Part shown: in pieces, positions 14,153 to 28,300 of the stretch
Numbering within the stretch: position 1 is the stretch's first letter
Layout: each line of letters opens with the position of its first letter
Assembly (NCBI GenBank): GCA_037379345.1
Contig: CM074518.1
Span: 18,786,001 to 18,850,000 of the forward strand
Length of the DNA: 64,000 nt
Reading direction: 5' to 3'
Source of the DNA: Perna viridis
Taxonomy: Eukaryota
Notes under the pieces: generated by a model
What the model was told of the DNA's origin: nothing
What the model saw: only the letters and a program-made list of their open reading frames with translations
Database searches by the model: none
Program-made: the position numbers and the translations under genes

Positions 14153-17100
14153 CTATATATAAAAATATTTTGTATATTGGTATTACTCCTATAACAAGAA
14201 ATGTGCAAAAAACATAAAAACCCATAAAAAATTTTTTTTCTGCAGAAGTTTTGTTGATTAACATCTCTTAACAACATTTCATGTCATTTTTCCTTTTAAA
14301 GGTCTTGTATCTCAGGCTGAATTTGGAGGGGATCTCGGAGCAGCAAGGGCCCCTGAGATGCAGTGCATGGGGCCCATCAGAATGTGGATATGCCCTAATA
14401 CTCATCAACCTTGTCCCAACTATGGGTTGTAGAATGGTGCCAATAAGTACATATAGCCAATTTTCAAATTTGGGCTGTATTTTCAATTTTTCGCTTTTTG
14501 TCTTCATTAAAGGTCTGAATATGACTTTTTTTTTATTAGAAATGATGCATATTCGTATTGAAAGGTTATTTTTGTTGTTTCCTTTGGCTGACCTAAATAA
14601 GTAGAAAATTTGTTTTCGTAATCTGTGGAACTGTGCAAGTTGCTAATACACTAAGCCTAGTTTAATAAAAATCAAGATTTTTTTTTCTGTAAAAAGTTTG
14701 CATTCTGATTAGATTCTGCATCCCAGCCGTTCTCTTAAATGAATGTTACCAAGAAAATAAGTTTAGGTGTAACTTTGTGTAGTTAAAGATAACAAATTTC
14801 ACTTTTTGCGAGGGTTAAAAGAATATTTTCCTGATGACGTTTGACTTTATATATAGCATGATTGGTATATTTTTTTTTACTAAAATGGTTCCTTAGAATA
14901 ATAAAAAAAAAAAACAAACAATTTTGATAATTTGACGCCATTGCATGAATCCGTTATTAGTCCATAAAGGTGAGAAAAAAAAGGAAAAGTAATCCTTTTT
15001 TATACACATTTTATGAATTTGAACAAACCAACAACAGTTTTAACCTCTTGCATGTTTTGGGGGATTTTCATGTCTTGGTCAAAAAAGGGGTAGGTATGTA
15101 AATTTCAGGATTTTTTTTCAAGGAATTTGTCATCATTTTTACCCTCTTTTCAATTGATTTGCATTAAAAACCAAAAAAGTTAACACCAACTTCTTGTGTT
15201 TAGGACCACTAAATAGATCAGAACTAGTTTTTAAGCCTATTTGAGAAAAAATATTTTGCTATAAAATTTGTACTGGAGTCAGAAATCTGGGGTTACTTGA
15301 AACAAAACATCAAAATATAATGAATCTATATATCACTGTGAGATAATCTGTAAGAAAAAACAAGTGCAACTCAAATCTGAAGATTAAAGGACATCAGTCG
15401 CCTGCACATATCAGAATGTAGTGCGCAAAAAACATATTTCCTAGAATGAGTGAAATATGTTTGTGATTTAGCCAGTATAAGAAAACTTGGTATCATCTGA
15501 AAGTCTAACGTGCCAGGTACACACTAAATACAAGTTTTTTAACTTTTATGTAAAAAATATTTTTAGAGCCAAGATTTTAAATCTTTTGATTTGTCAAATT
15601 TCCAAAAATAAGAACTATTTTTAGCACCTGTCTACTTTCACTTCATCGTTCTTTCTTAGAAGCCATGAAAGGTATGCTGCAATATTCATGAGAGAGTCTT
15701 TAAAAGGTCTCATCTATAATAAAAACCTGTTAAACTTCATTTTAACACAATTTCCAAAAAGTAGAGAGTTTGCAAATAGTTTAAATGAACATAGAAACCA
15801 ATAGGGCCTGAAATATTGGTATTATATTTATAAAGTATACCTCATAAAAGTGAAAAATTATCAAATAGTTGTAAAGCATATTTTGTTCTCATAGGAATGC
15901 CGACCGTCTTTTGAGGAGCAAAGACGTAAAATCTTTTGGTCGGAATTATAACTGTACATAGAAAATAGTTTAAATAGTTAAAAAAAAACAGTCTTCGATT
16001 GATTCCAATAATAATCTAGTATTGAAAGTTTCAAGAAGAACTTTTGAATTCTTCGAATGTTTTTAATTGACACCACATGAGTAACAAGTGTCGTGGTAGG
16101 ACTGAAGGCCATCTTTAAGTATGGAGAATTATAGTACAAAAAGAGGCTAGACAGTACATTTTCAGATCTAACTATGACGGATAGTGTGTAAAGATCACAA
16201 AATGTTTTTTTTTTTTTTTTTTATATAATTCGTACTAAGCATTTAAAACAACAAATCCACAGCATATATGCGTAAGGATGTGATACAGATTTTAATGTAC
16301 TTTCAAGATATGACCATTTTGACGCATTCGTATTTACAAATGTGTTTACAATGTTATAACATAATGGTATCGGAAACGTTAAAGGAATTAGCTTTTTGGT
16401 ATAAGGAGCTGTCATTAATACTAGCAAGCATCTGCAAGTGGTTTCAATAATTGCCTTACATAAATCATCATTTTTTTTTCTCTCTATTGTTGAGAATATT
16501 TTTGTAAGTGCAAAAAAGCGGCTGCTTAACAATCAAAACAAACTTTATAAACAATTTATCATTACATGAGGGTGAGTGTATAATTTCGAAACTTAAATAT
16601 CAAAATTAAACACCGTTACCTGCCTCATAAAAGAATCAAATGCCTCTAAACTGCAAAGAACAATAAAATTCAGTCCTTCGGCTTTCTTATTAGGTACATT
16701 TGAAAGGTCATCAATAAGGTCAGAGGTCATATTTTCCATCTTGTACATCACTGTATATGTTCCTATCGTAGACAGATTTTGTTGTAGTTCCATTGCGCGC
16801 GGCTCTAAAAGGGAAGATAAATAACAAAATTAAATCTTATTTGATCAATCAATGAACAATCCATTCTTATGTGTTGGATCTGCTGGAGTAAACGTAAAAA
16901 AATGATTTTTAAAAAATGTTTGGTCGATACGGGTTGAATTGTAATGAATAAATGCTTCTTGATTCTTTCTTTTCTGCTTTCTTCCTCTTTCCCTCCCTCT
17001 CTCTTTTCGACACTTTCCTCACAGTAATGATTTTTCAAAGAATATGTTTAGGCCATCTGAATCATGTCTCGTGATGTCAATTAATTTCAAAATTGGCAGT

Positions 17101-20100
17101 TGCTTTCGGAAACCTTAATTTCGTTTACATATTTTTGTTTCCCTTTGTTTTATGGACGCAATGCATCTATTTTGGTTATTCAACCAAGTGGGGTGGTGTG
17201 TATATCATTTAATTGACATTGTAATTGTACCATTAGTAATTGCATAATTACGATTATAATCTTAAATGTTCGCAAAGCCAACGTAAAACTGTTTGCATAA
17301 TGTACGACACAAGCATTAAATAATTGAAGTCTCCTAGCCATGGTAATAACACACTCGCGTAAATATATCTATGAACTGTTTAGAGTATTTGAACATATAT
17401 ATCAATATACTCAATCAATGCACTTCTGTGCCAGACAGATAGCCTTGTAATTATATAAGAAAGATGGCCTAGAAACAAGCTTATAACTATAAGACACTAC
17501 TTGAACTTTAAAACAAAAAGTATAAAAACCAAGAAAAACAAGCACAGACTCTTCAACATCATCTTGAAGTATGGATCAGTAGTCCAGTGTCTTTTTTTCA
17601 CTCATCTGATTCAATCATTTTAATTCGGTCTGAAATAGATTGATATCATTTGGACTTGATAGAGCCAAATGAAAATAGCATATTAAGTTAAAAGTATTTT
17701 AGCATGATGGTGTGCAGAAATAATGTTCACCTTCAATTTCTCTTCAATAACCAATAACCCGATGAGTAAATCGTATATCAGTCACCTATAAATAACTCTA
17801 ATTGGTTAGGTTATTTTCATCAATAAGGATGCAATGTAATAGCAACAAAACTGGAACGGGTTTATGCCTATCTTACATTAGCCCAAAAACAGTCGAAGTT
17901 TCACTCGGAAAGAAGATATAAATAAAAATGAAAAAGTGTCAAATTATAATGCGAACAAATTTATTATTTATGGCTTATGGTTCTTGCTTGTTGTCTAAAT
18001 AACATGTTCTTTCCGTTTCCCTTTCTTTGTTTTTATCTCTTGATAAAATCTATTATACCGCTATTGGAAAACGTGAAACATGAACTAAACATTTTCCGGT
18101 GTAATTAATGGAAGCGATGATCAATTCCTAAAACTAAAAATAATTAGAAATGTTATAATGTAATACATCTTAAATGGTAAATCAGAATTCATTTAGCAGG
18201 GGTTGACATTAAACTAATTAAATTTAATGAGCTTGAATGAAAAGTTTACAAAATCGAATTTCTCAAGGTCATGACATTGAAGCACGTTGGTATCTTGATA
18301 TCATGCTATTGTAACAGTTTACATATGTCGGCAGGATCATAGTCGATAAATTTCTATAGAAATGCTTTCCAATAATTAAACTGTCATAAAACAGTAAAAT
18401 TATCCAATAAATTGTGAAAAATGATTGTGCTTATGATGAATTGTTAGCTATGCATAGTATACAGGATAACAATGGTAATATGCAAAGGTGTAAACTGTTA
18501 GATGGACGATGTAATTAGCGTATGTTCGGAATTGTTTTAGTTTTTTTTTTTTTGCTGTGTTAACAAAAAAATGCAAAACATTTTGTGAACTTTAAAACTG
18601 GTGGTATAATATAGTAAACAGATAACCAATACTTCTTTTTCTGCATCTCTATCTGACAACCATATAAATGACACGACCAGTCTTGTCGTGCGGGTTTTCG
18701 AATTTCCGGGTATGACCAGCTCTATTTCCGCATATATTCAAACGATTTTTTTTTAATTTCCCAAAACACTGTCGCTAATTTTTAAATGTACCCACTCTGG
18801 TTTTATATAACTGAAAGAGGAAAATTATGACACGTTTAACAAATCAATTTTCATAGTGCAGATGGATACACTGTAACGATCCACGATTTCACGGTGACGA
18901 TAACTTAACAATATATCTCTGTTTAAGAATTTTTGCCATATAAATGGGAAAAATTATGAAATAAAGCTTCTCTAAATTATTATTAAGATTGTGCCTTGAT
19001 AGGTATTGTCCACACGTCAAGGATCATTAGTATAAATAAATGAGTCTCGAGTCATATACTTGTAATTATTCTGAGTTTAATGGTGGTTTTATGTGTTGCA
19101 ACACTACGTTTTTGCTAAAATCTGCTTATATATATATATGGTCAATTATCTTTATATCAATTGTCAAAAGCAAATCTACAATAAAAATATTTATATAGTT
19201 TCTTCATAGAAAAGCTATGTTTCCGGATGATGAAATGTTTTAACTATTTTGACACTAGATTCCGTTGTACACGAAGTATAAATTTTCTTTAGTTCCTTAG
19301 AGAAATGAATATCTTACACTTTCTAAAGTCTAGTCTTTCAATATCTCCAAAAGTAAAATATAAACAAATATGGAGCCTTCATATAGTAAAAGCGTTAAAA
19401 CTAACTTATGTCTGAAATTTGAACGTATTACATAACTGACTGAGTATACAATAAACCGATTATATAATTCAAAGGTTTTATTAAATTCAATCGTCAGTCT
19501 TTTTTTTTTTTTATGTTTTTTTTTGCAGATAAAATGCATAGACATATAAAATTGATTGTCATGATTGGACTATATCATAATTCTGTGTTGAATGTTTATA
19601 ATATACTGAATTTGAATGCATATAAAGACAATATAAAAAACTATATATCGTTCAAAATGATATAGAATAAAATGTTCAAATAAAGATTATCATATGAAGT
19701 ACGATAACATTTCACATATCCTTTCTTTCATCTGTATTGTTGCTTGTCGATATCTTTGGCAATGAATGATTTTTAAAGGGCCATTTTCATGAACTATTAT
19801 TTAAGACAAAATAATGTAGGTTAGTATTGTGAAAAGCTTTTGGCACATATTTATCTGCAGTTGATAATAATTTAATATAATAAGATATATTTTTTAAAAA
19901 AATAACAAAGTTCAGCTTTTTAAAGAAAATTGACAGCAAAATTGCTCTTTTCTTTTGTCAAAATATTCTATTACATTAGGTTAGGTGCCTACATGATGTG
20001 ATTGAACCATCATCAAATTGCTCCATATAGTTGTCTTAATAAAATACAATAGACAGATATTTGCAAATTCTGTTTCTACGTCGCACGTTCCATACTCCAA

Positions 20101-21071
20101 CATGATTTGAAAAATCGTGTTTTGCCTGGGTCCAACAGATTAAATTTCGATATGCTGTACACGTGTTTCAAGGAATAACCTCTTATCAGCAGCATTAAAA
20201 TCAAATATATAGAAGGATGTAAAAATTCGAAGATTATTTGTATACAAGAAATTGGCAAAACAAATATATATATAAATATATATATGATTTTTCGACGATG
20301 TATAAAAAAGAAAAGTCTGATTTATTGTTTATAGAATGTAAAAAAGAATAGAACGCGAACATAAAAAGCTAATTTGGAGCCGTTAATTTGTACAGTTCTG
20401 TTTGAATAACTGAGTAAATGTGCAATTATAAATTATAAATAGGATTTTTGTATATCTGTCCAATTACCTTCATATCAGCAATGTTTTGTTGTATTTCAAG
20501 ACATCCCTGTATAAGAACATTTAATTTTGCATTTTTTCTTCCCATTAAATAATAATAAGTTTACGTATATGTCACTGTTTTCGAAATTTAAAAAAACTGA
20601 AAGATTAAATTGAGTAGAGATGATATTGGAAACAGGGAATGTGTAAATAAGACAACCAATCTACAAAATTATTTTCGGGATTCGGAAAAGGGCATGTGGC
20701 CTATAGACCTGAAATAATATAGCGGGTAGTTTTCGCGGAGTACTAATTTTGGTGTATTTAAGCGGTCTGTCTAAAATCGTGAAAATAATTCCCGCAATAT
20801 ACTTAATCTGGGTTTAAGTACTATCTGCATCACTAAGCATTCATTTGCCAATATAAGAAACGACGTTTTTTTTCCTTTTTGCCTAAAATTCGTCAAATCA
20901 TAAAACCGCCAATGTAACCTAGGATAAGGTATGTGAATTAATAAATAAATACTTTCTTCAAATTACTAAACATGTAAAAATATATCAATTTAACTTACCC
21001 GAACATGTATCATAAATAACTATCACTGAAGTCCACTTTAGGTGAGCAATCAAAGCTAGCATGGGTAACAT
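8206..21071 (-). CDS. Ionotropic glutamate receptor-like / ionotropic receptor (IR) family channel, 9 coding exons, ~661 aa (5' end uncertain)
   Basis: Exons (minus): 21071-20999, 16804-16620, 13172-13005, 12450-12268, 11484-11390, 11158-10743, 9843-9626, 9325-9063, 8590-8206. All are GT-AG and the phases chain into one open 1986-nt frame. Motifs: WNGMVGQLQRKEVDIVATALTVSSQRETVMDFT (S1), M1 LLDPFSPTVF, pore FWYIYGSLLTHGG, M3 WWIFCIVTVASYSGNFVASL, S2 YAFIWD / YAIGLPENSP, LESGLIELW, M4 IQIGFYSLAVGISFAFIILLAE. Confidence 0.9.
13365..13790 (-). mobile_element. PLE 3' fragment inside an IR intron
   Basis: TKLYNKR..SFHIVNFPF..ASAYGFFIS.LIRYVRAC (frameshifted YDKRDDF..IVNFPF..AYG..ISQLIRY motif), followed by the shared UTR. 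Confidence 0.7.
14099..14150. repeat. (AT)n microsatellite, ~26 units
   Basis: Read directly. Confidence 0.97.
18815..18900 (-). mobile_element. Short PLE fragment spanning the ORF stop
   Basis: Reverse complement matches ~825-905 (CGTTACAGTGTATCCATCTGCAC..ATTGATTTGTTAAACGTGTCATAATTTTCC). Confidence 0.6.
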
Positions 21072-21446
21072 TGTTATTGAAATGTTCAAATAAAAAGTCA
21101 CTCGTTACCAGCTGTGATTAGATCTACAACTTTAAAGCACTGTTCGGTAAATTTTAATCGTCTTTCTTTTTTCATTATCAAACCTCCTCATATTAATTTA
21201 CAACAGCCGCTCAGTATCTCCCTTTAGATTTAATCATTGTTAATTATTAGTGAAGGTTTGAGAGTAGTATTTATCATGAGTTATCTCTAAATATCACCGA
21301 TGCAATCAATGACAATGAAATTAAAAACTCAAGTTCCAAGCATGGATCAGACAAGAAAATTATATCCACAATCAATATTACAATTGTATTATAATGATCT
21401 TCGATGAATTCCTAGGGTCCTAAATTCTCTTTTGTCAATAGTTTAT

Positions 21447-21967
21447 GATTGATTGATTGATTGTTGGGGTTTAACGTCCGAGCAGCAATATTTCAGCTAT
21501 ATTCAGACGATGGACATGAAATGGATGACAAAATGAACATGAAATGATGATGAAATGAAAAATGGATGGGACACAAGGGCATCAAGGTCGACAAATTTAG
21601 ATTGCCACTAGAAAAAGGGAGGGATGGGTATGGCCGGGCAATTTAGCCTCCTGTGGCGGAGCGCAAAGATTCCTACTCCTATCGAACACCACAGCAGGGT
21701 TCTTTAACGTGCAAGGAACGTGTCATCTTTCCCAACACGGTGCACCACTATGGTTTGTGGTCAGGTTTTCTGTAATATAGCCTGACAACCCCAGCATGTC
21801 ACACGCCAGGGGTACCCCATTCCACCACCTGGGGCACACATCCCAGTTGCTCTGTGGGCAGAGCGCCTAGCCCCCGGCTATGTTTCTGAGCACTAATTAG
21901 TCGCCTTTTACGACAAGCTTAGCGCTGCTGCAGGCGTATTCTTTTGACACCCGGACCTGCACGGGGC
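21447..21967 (-). mobile_element. SINE-like non-autonomous retroposon (RTE-type 5' motif, (TCAA)n tail) with 14-bp TSD
   Basis: Perfect direct repeat TGTCAATAGTTTAT at 21433-21446 and 21968-21981. The minus strand starts GCCCCGTGCAGGTCCGGG.., contains GCTTGTCGTAAAAGGCGACTAA (motif typical of RTE-clade 5' ends) and ends in CAATCAATCAATCAATC. Confidence 0.8.
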
Positions 21968-22504
21968 TGTCAATAGTTTATAGAACTTAAAATTTTCTAA
22001 GGTCGCAATAGCATGATTATCTTCATTTATGTTTGCATCAGTAAGTTTGGGCTTTGATTTGCCTTCAATTCTAAATAGTTATCTGCGCTACCCTTGTATA
22101 TGGCATCGAAGTAAATCTAGGTCGCTCACATTTCTCTTTAAAAGCTGAAACGGTAAACATGGATGGGTATATTTGTCTCTTTTGGATATTCTTTTTTGTA
22201 AAAAAAACCCTGAAAATTACAATGTTACAAGCTTGGTTCAAGTGAAACATGTCCTTCAGGTTGCTTGAGCAAGTGCTGTTTCAATATAGATTAAGCCGTC
22301 TGACCCGACAGTGTGGATGGATCGGTATTGAAATGTTTTGATATTTATGGAAAGTTCAACCTAAATTGTGTTAGTACTACTACTTATTTCTAGATGCAGT
22401 GCGACTTTAAGTTATTCACTAAATTTTAGTAGAGCATGCTCACCTTTTAAACAGAAATCTGCTTAGAAAAAAATAATACAGAAGTATTTTTGTCATTCTC
22501 TAGT

Positions 22505-22685
22505 CAGACATGTGGTATTCGTAAATTGTAATTGTAATCAGGTGTAATCGATTACATTTTTGCATGTAATTAGATGTAATCAGGAAATATTAGAAATATG
22601 ATTACTTGGATTTTAATTTGATTGATTACAGGACCAAAATGGACAGTAATTATGATAAATTTTGATTACTTTTTGTTACATTCTG
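22505..22685. repeat. GTAATC/GATTAC-rich subterminal region of a MITE-like repeat
   Basis: Dense GTAAT/GATTAC motifs in both orientations, typical of hAT-type MITE ends; termini not resolved. Confidence 0.4.
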
Positions 22686-23366
22686 AATATTTGGGGAAAG
22701 AGATTCTTTTGGCATCTGATCTAGTATTTCTCTGCTAAAGGGTGGCATATGGATCTTTTCCCTTTTTTAACACCATTTACTAAAATTGATAATGTATGCT
22801 GGCTGCATATAGAATTATAATGAAAATATCATTTCTGAATCATTTACTTTTTACACTTCATACTTGCACTGTCAATGAAGTATGGTAAAAAGGTGTGAAA
22901 TTAAAGTATTATCAGTTACATGCACTAAATAAACAAATGCTGGTTAAATTTATATCTTAGCCTGGCGCTTCAACATCTTGTAGCGTGTTGATCATTGATT
23001 TCATGAACAAACATGATTAAAATTTTCACCGTTAATCATGCTGAAATTAATCCATTGGAAAATGGGTGAGATCTTTCCAATTATGTTTGTAAACTTTATT
23101 AGTGTTTGTCATTCTGTCACCAGATCATAAAGACACATTTGTTGTTTTTTTTTAGTTAGAATGGAAGGTCCAAGCAAAGGAAAATGCAAAATATGCATAC
23201 CGGGCAATACAAAAACCATATCCAAACCTTTAATTAATTGTTAACATTTTTTCGTTGTACATGTACATACATTTTGAAAGTATGCTGACTTTATTATCCA
23301 TCTCAAAAGTGCTCTTATTTCTATAGAATGTTTCATTTAACACATACCAATAAAGTTTGAATATAT

Positions 23367-23525
23367 AGAATCTACAACAATAATGAGTTGATTATGGAAT
23401 TTCTCACATCGAGTGAAATACATTTTATAGTTTTGATCGCGAGGCTTGCCGAGCTATTCAAACTATAAAATTTATTTCACGAGATGTGAGAAATGCATAT
23501 TCAACAAGCTTTGAGTGTAGATTCT
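23367..23525. repeat. ~160-bp imperfect palindrome (non-autonomous Crypton-like / foldback repeat)
   Basis: Arms AGAATCTACA..TTTCTCACATC..GTGAAATA.ATTTTATAGTTT and AAACTATAAAAT.TATTTCAC..GATGTGAGAAA..TGTAGATTCT around the centre GCGAGGCTTGCCGAGC. Confidence 0.7.
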
Positions 23526-24310
23526 GTTTCTCTAATTCCCTAAAAACGTCAAAAATACCTAAAAATGAAAAGCGCGCGAAAAGTTATGATTTCGATTCGT
23601 AGGAATCATGTTGGCGTCACACAAACGCAAACATTTCAAACAAAAGAAACCAGACGATTTCAAAGATTTTTTCACCTCAAGTCTTCCCGAGTCCCTTCAT
23701 GATTCTTATTCAAGAAAAGAATACACCACAGTCACCCCATTTTACTGAAATATAACTACAATGGCAATCGAGGCGATTCAAGATGGAGTCCAAGACAATC
23801 GATTTCTAAGCCGATCGAACTCTGAGAACAAAAAAGTCACTAGTGATGAGAACATTTTTTCCACACCGGTCAAGTGGTATGAAAATTGAAGCAAAATTAG
23901 ACAAATGTGGTTTTTTCATTGTGTAGTATTATGTTTTACTTTTTGACACCTCATAAAGTAGTAACATTGTTTTTTAACTCAGTTTTAAAATGAGATGGTT
24001 CTGTTCTTCTTAAACAACATTGTCCACTTTACCAAACAGAAAACAATTCTGTCACTAAAATTCCTAATTAAGACAAGGAATCGGTGTGAATTGGAATGTT
24101 GAAAAAGAGTCAACAGTCTTGTGATTAAGTGACATGTATAGAGAAATCAACGGAACCAGGATCATAACGTTAGAAACGGCATATCCTCACGTAAGGCGGA
24201 GTAGATTTCGTATTGGCTTGGTTAAGACTGAAGTCTAAAATTGTTTCGTTGAAAATGTAACAGATATTAAAAATAAATTTAGATTTTTATTATCTCGGCG
24301 TGTAAGAAAA

Positions 24311-24440
24311 ATAAAGAAAACCAAGATTCTAGCAGAAATCAAAAGAATGTAATCCAGGGATAAAGACCAGACATGGAAAACAGACAACAAAGGACAAGAA
24401 CATCAAATTGCCAAGATAATACATGCAAAGTAACAACTAA
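24311..24440 (-). mobile_element. PLE 3' UTR fragment
   Basis: AACCAAGATTCTAGCAGAAATCAAAAGAATGTAATCCAGGGATAAAGACCAGACATGGAAAACAGACA is the reverse complement of the 1090-1150 consensus. Confidence 0.7.
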
Positions 24441-24596
24441 AATTGTATCATACTAGTTTCGAATGACTTTTACACTGTATGTACATATTGCCTCATGCCA
24501 TTTTGTATAAGGTAAGTACCCCTGTATCATATAAATACAATTACCTAAGCGTTGTCTATCAGAAAAAAATAGCCTCAAACCGGTCGACTAGTTTGA

Positions 24597-24801
24597 AAGA
24601 GTAATCAAGGGAACCAAGGTTATAGCGGTAATCAAAAGAATGTAATCATGGGACAAAGACCAGACAAGGAAAAACAGACATACACAACAAAGAACATAAA
24701 GTAACTAAAATCATACATACAAAGTAAGACAATCAAATGAGCAACTCGGACTCCACTAAAAACTGGGAGCATGGACCAAGTGCACCGGTAGGGTAAGCGT
24801 T
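24597..24801 (-). mobile_element. PLE 3' UTR fragment (well conserved copy)
   Basis: Near-identical reverse complement of 975-1152, extending to the terminus ...GGTTCCCTTGATTACTCTT. Confidence 0.8.
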
Positions 24802-25380
24802 CATCGAATAATAAATTTCAAACAGAGAAAAAACTACTGGTTCTATCAATATTGTGGAAAATATTATGTGGTACTATTACTAATATTAAAACTGATGATT
24901 TAGAATTATTGAGTTTAAACAATGAATACATATCTACATGGCAACACAATATTCTGCTTTTAAGTTTACGTTAATGACCAATTAAAATTAAACATTGATG
25001 ATTTTATTTCTGACCAATACATGACGAAATGAAAATGCTTTCGTTCGATCAATTTTAACAGTTGTGCAGATAAATAAGCCGAAGAGCACAATGGTTGTCA
25101 ATAACATAATTCATTGATGAAGATAATAAAATATGGCTTGTTTAATGATTATTTAATCTGACCAACTTTCCGATTAAGCGGGAGTAAATATTTTGGTTGG
25201 GTTTCTAGAAACGACCCAATTTAGAGAAATCAATTTTAATTATGTTTCTACAATATGTATATGTTTTGGTTGCTGAAATGTCACTCCTTTCATTTTAAAG
25301 GATAAACAGTCATTCTTTCTCATATGAAACATAAATAAAACGAACAAAGTTTGCGTTGGTAATAATTAAACATAGGAATG

Positions 25381-28300
25381 TCATATTGACAGGGCATCTA
25401 AAGCTTCTTCGGGTATACCTCGAACATTAGACCCATAGTGCATTTCTATAGTTGTGTGGGCTTGCTCTGGATTGTAAAGTGCAAAAACTGGCCATAAAGG
25501 CTCCGTATTTTCAGAACAAACCAAGTTTACAAAATTAGCAATGACCTGCCTCGATTGCAAGTCAATGATAATCCAATGTCTCCTAGATGTATCTAACAAG
25601 CAACCAAAATCAAGTCTTGAATATGACCGAATGGGTGATGGTATTCGATCAGCGAACGGCATGTGATTCAGCATTTGACCATTGTGCCAACCATGTAGGC
25701 ACACACGTCCGCAGAGGTGACACCCACCGCCACTGACCACCCATGCAAATTGACTTCTATCATTCCGGAATCCTGCATCAATAGCATCATAACGAGCAAG
25801 ACCGAATTCGAACAATACATTCCTCCGTATTAGTTTCAGAATCTTATATTTTACGGTTATTTCCCAATAAAAAAGTCCAGGTCTTCGGAAGGATCTTGTC
25901 CCTAACGTTCCTGGATATAAACGGAGTCGTCTTGTACTATGGTCTCCTGGAGAAGACCCATAAATTGATTTGATAGCTTTTAGACCTATTTCAAGACTAT
26001 CACGTGACACGTCAATTGAAGGATGAGATACAGCAGCATCGAATGCAATGTTTATGCCTGCAAAAAAAAACAATAATAAACTTGAAACTAAACAGGTCAA
26101 AGATATTAGGAGTAAAAACTATGTATGTCAAACCTTCAGTAGTGCCTGACATACTTTTTCCAAATTTTAATTTATATCTGGATTTATGTTAAACGGGACA
26201 AGGAATCGGTAGCCTTTTTTTCTAAATCCTCAATTAATCTTTCATAAAATGGCTCTTTTATAAGATTTCCTATTTTCTAAATTGTACAACGCTAATGCAT
26301 GGATGTAAATATCAAAAATAGAAAAAGAATATCATATTTGATTTCCATTCTAAACCATTGCATGAAGACCACATATACATATTTATATGTAATACCCACC
26401 TTTTGAATCCAGCGTTATTACCACTTTTATTGTAATGGAAAAACTAAGGCATAGTACGGGACATTATGTAGTTTCAAAAGAGTAGATAATCAGTGAAATG
26501 ATTTTATCGACATTCGAAATTGCATGTATACATCAAACATATATCAGCTATCCCGGTAATGTCATGATATGTAGCATACTTAATCTATGCCGTGCATTTA
26601 TTTAATCATTCCGAAGTTATGGTCATATGATGACAGACCAACGACAACACGAATGTTTAACGTAGATTGCAATTTCTCTCTTTTCACTGGTTTTATTCGT
26701 TTCCATGAAAAGGAGTTTTTACTCTTAATTTTTTAAACACGATAGAACACTCTTAACAACTAATGCACAATAGCTGTAATAGGATGTTTATTCTAACAGT
26801 CTTAAAGGACACACTACAATTTATGAATAGAAGTTATCGGTTTTGGATATGTCTAAACCGACACTGTCAGATAATAACTATATCATGACGAATAAAATGT
26901 TATTTATTTACAAGTTATTTGTCTTGGATAGATTGACACATTCAGGAAAAACACATTGATAAAGATTACCACAAAAATAAAATCGTTTCGAGGCAGATTT
27001 AAGATTAAAAGTGGGTAATGCGACAACTGACCTTGACCTTTGACCAATGATATTTGACATTAATAAATATTCAAAATCAATACGTATGTGCAATGTGTAT
27101 TCAAAATGTTTTAAGTGATATTCTGTAATAGTGCTAAGAAATGTGTTACGGAAAGAAAGATCAAAAGAACGCATGGTGGTGAAAATAACAGTTTTTCAAA
27201 CATGAGATAAAAAATGTTTCATCGAATATGGTGACTTTGTAGCATTGAAAACAATATGTTAAAATACGAAAAGTATATACTTAATACGTACAATTAACAT
27301 CATCGTAAAGAAGCCTTCTTTCTGTTATTGTGTGATGTTCTTTGCTCCTATAATCTGATTAACATAAACAAAAATTTATACGGTGTAATCATTTATTGTA
27401 TATGATTTAAAGAGCAGTTTCTTGGTCATAAAATTGAAAAAATCTGAGGATATTCCGAACTTTTTGATGATGTAATATCATGTTATTTTGATTTTTGGTT
27501 CTTGTTTCGTGTAAGAGGACTTCAGTTTATTAAACAATTAGTTTATTTTCCCATTCAATTAAATTGATGATATGTTAATATTTACAGATTATTAAACATT
27601 TCCTCAAATTTTTACTTCGTTATAATGATAGTGAAGTAAATGCCTGGTCATAGGAATTATCAACAACAGAATTTATCAACACTTCCTATCACAACAGTGT
27701 ACGAGATTCACACAAAACTATATATGAAACAGAAAACAAAACAGAAACAGAAACAGATATGCATCATTTTCAGCAACAAAAACAATCCAAAGTATCAAAA
27801 CTAAAGGAAAATTTAAAAACAACAAAGTCCTTAGAAATGGTCAAAACATGAAAACGGAAACAAAGATGGTTCACATAAACAATGTAGCACACAGAATAAA
27901 ATACCATTTTACAAAAAGGTTGATAATAAAAAAGGACAGCACAATCATTCTGTTCATCTTAAATAGCGGTCTTTGTTAGAATCATGCAATTTATGTAATA
28001 TTTGATACACCACTAAAAAGTCTACATATTTTTATTTTTGTTATTAAGTTGCTTTATAGGTCTATATGAAATGTATAATTATTCATTTCAATATGTTTGC
28101 TCTTAGGAAATAATTGTATTTTAGTGTCATTTACAGAGTTGTCTCCCTTAATTTTGATTTCTACAGTACATTCTGTATAATTGTCACCTAAAAACAAGGG
28201 TTATCTAAAAAGTAATATGTTAATTTCGTTTTTCTATAACATTTAAAACAAATATCAAATTTTGCAAGATTGTTATCTGGAGTGATACTAAGTGATATTT

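Noticed and set aside
13983-14604. Hydrophobic ORFs around the (AT)n tract
   Set aside because: Low-complexity or repeat-derived, with no recognisable domains.
26400-26445. Possible eighth micro-exon of gene A (donor GTGGGT)
   Set aside because: The nearest acceptor yields an in-frame stop.
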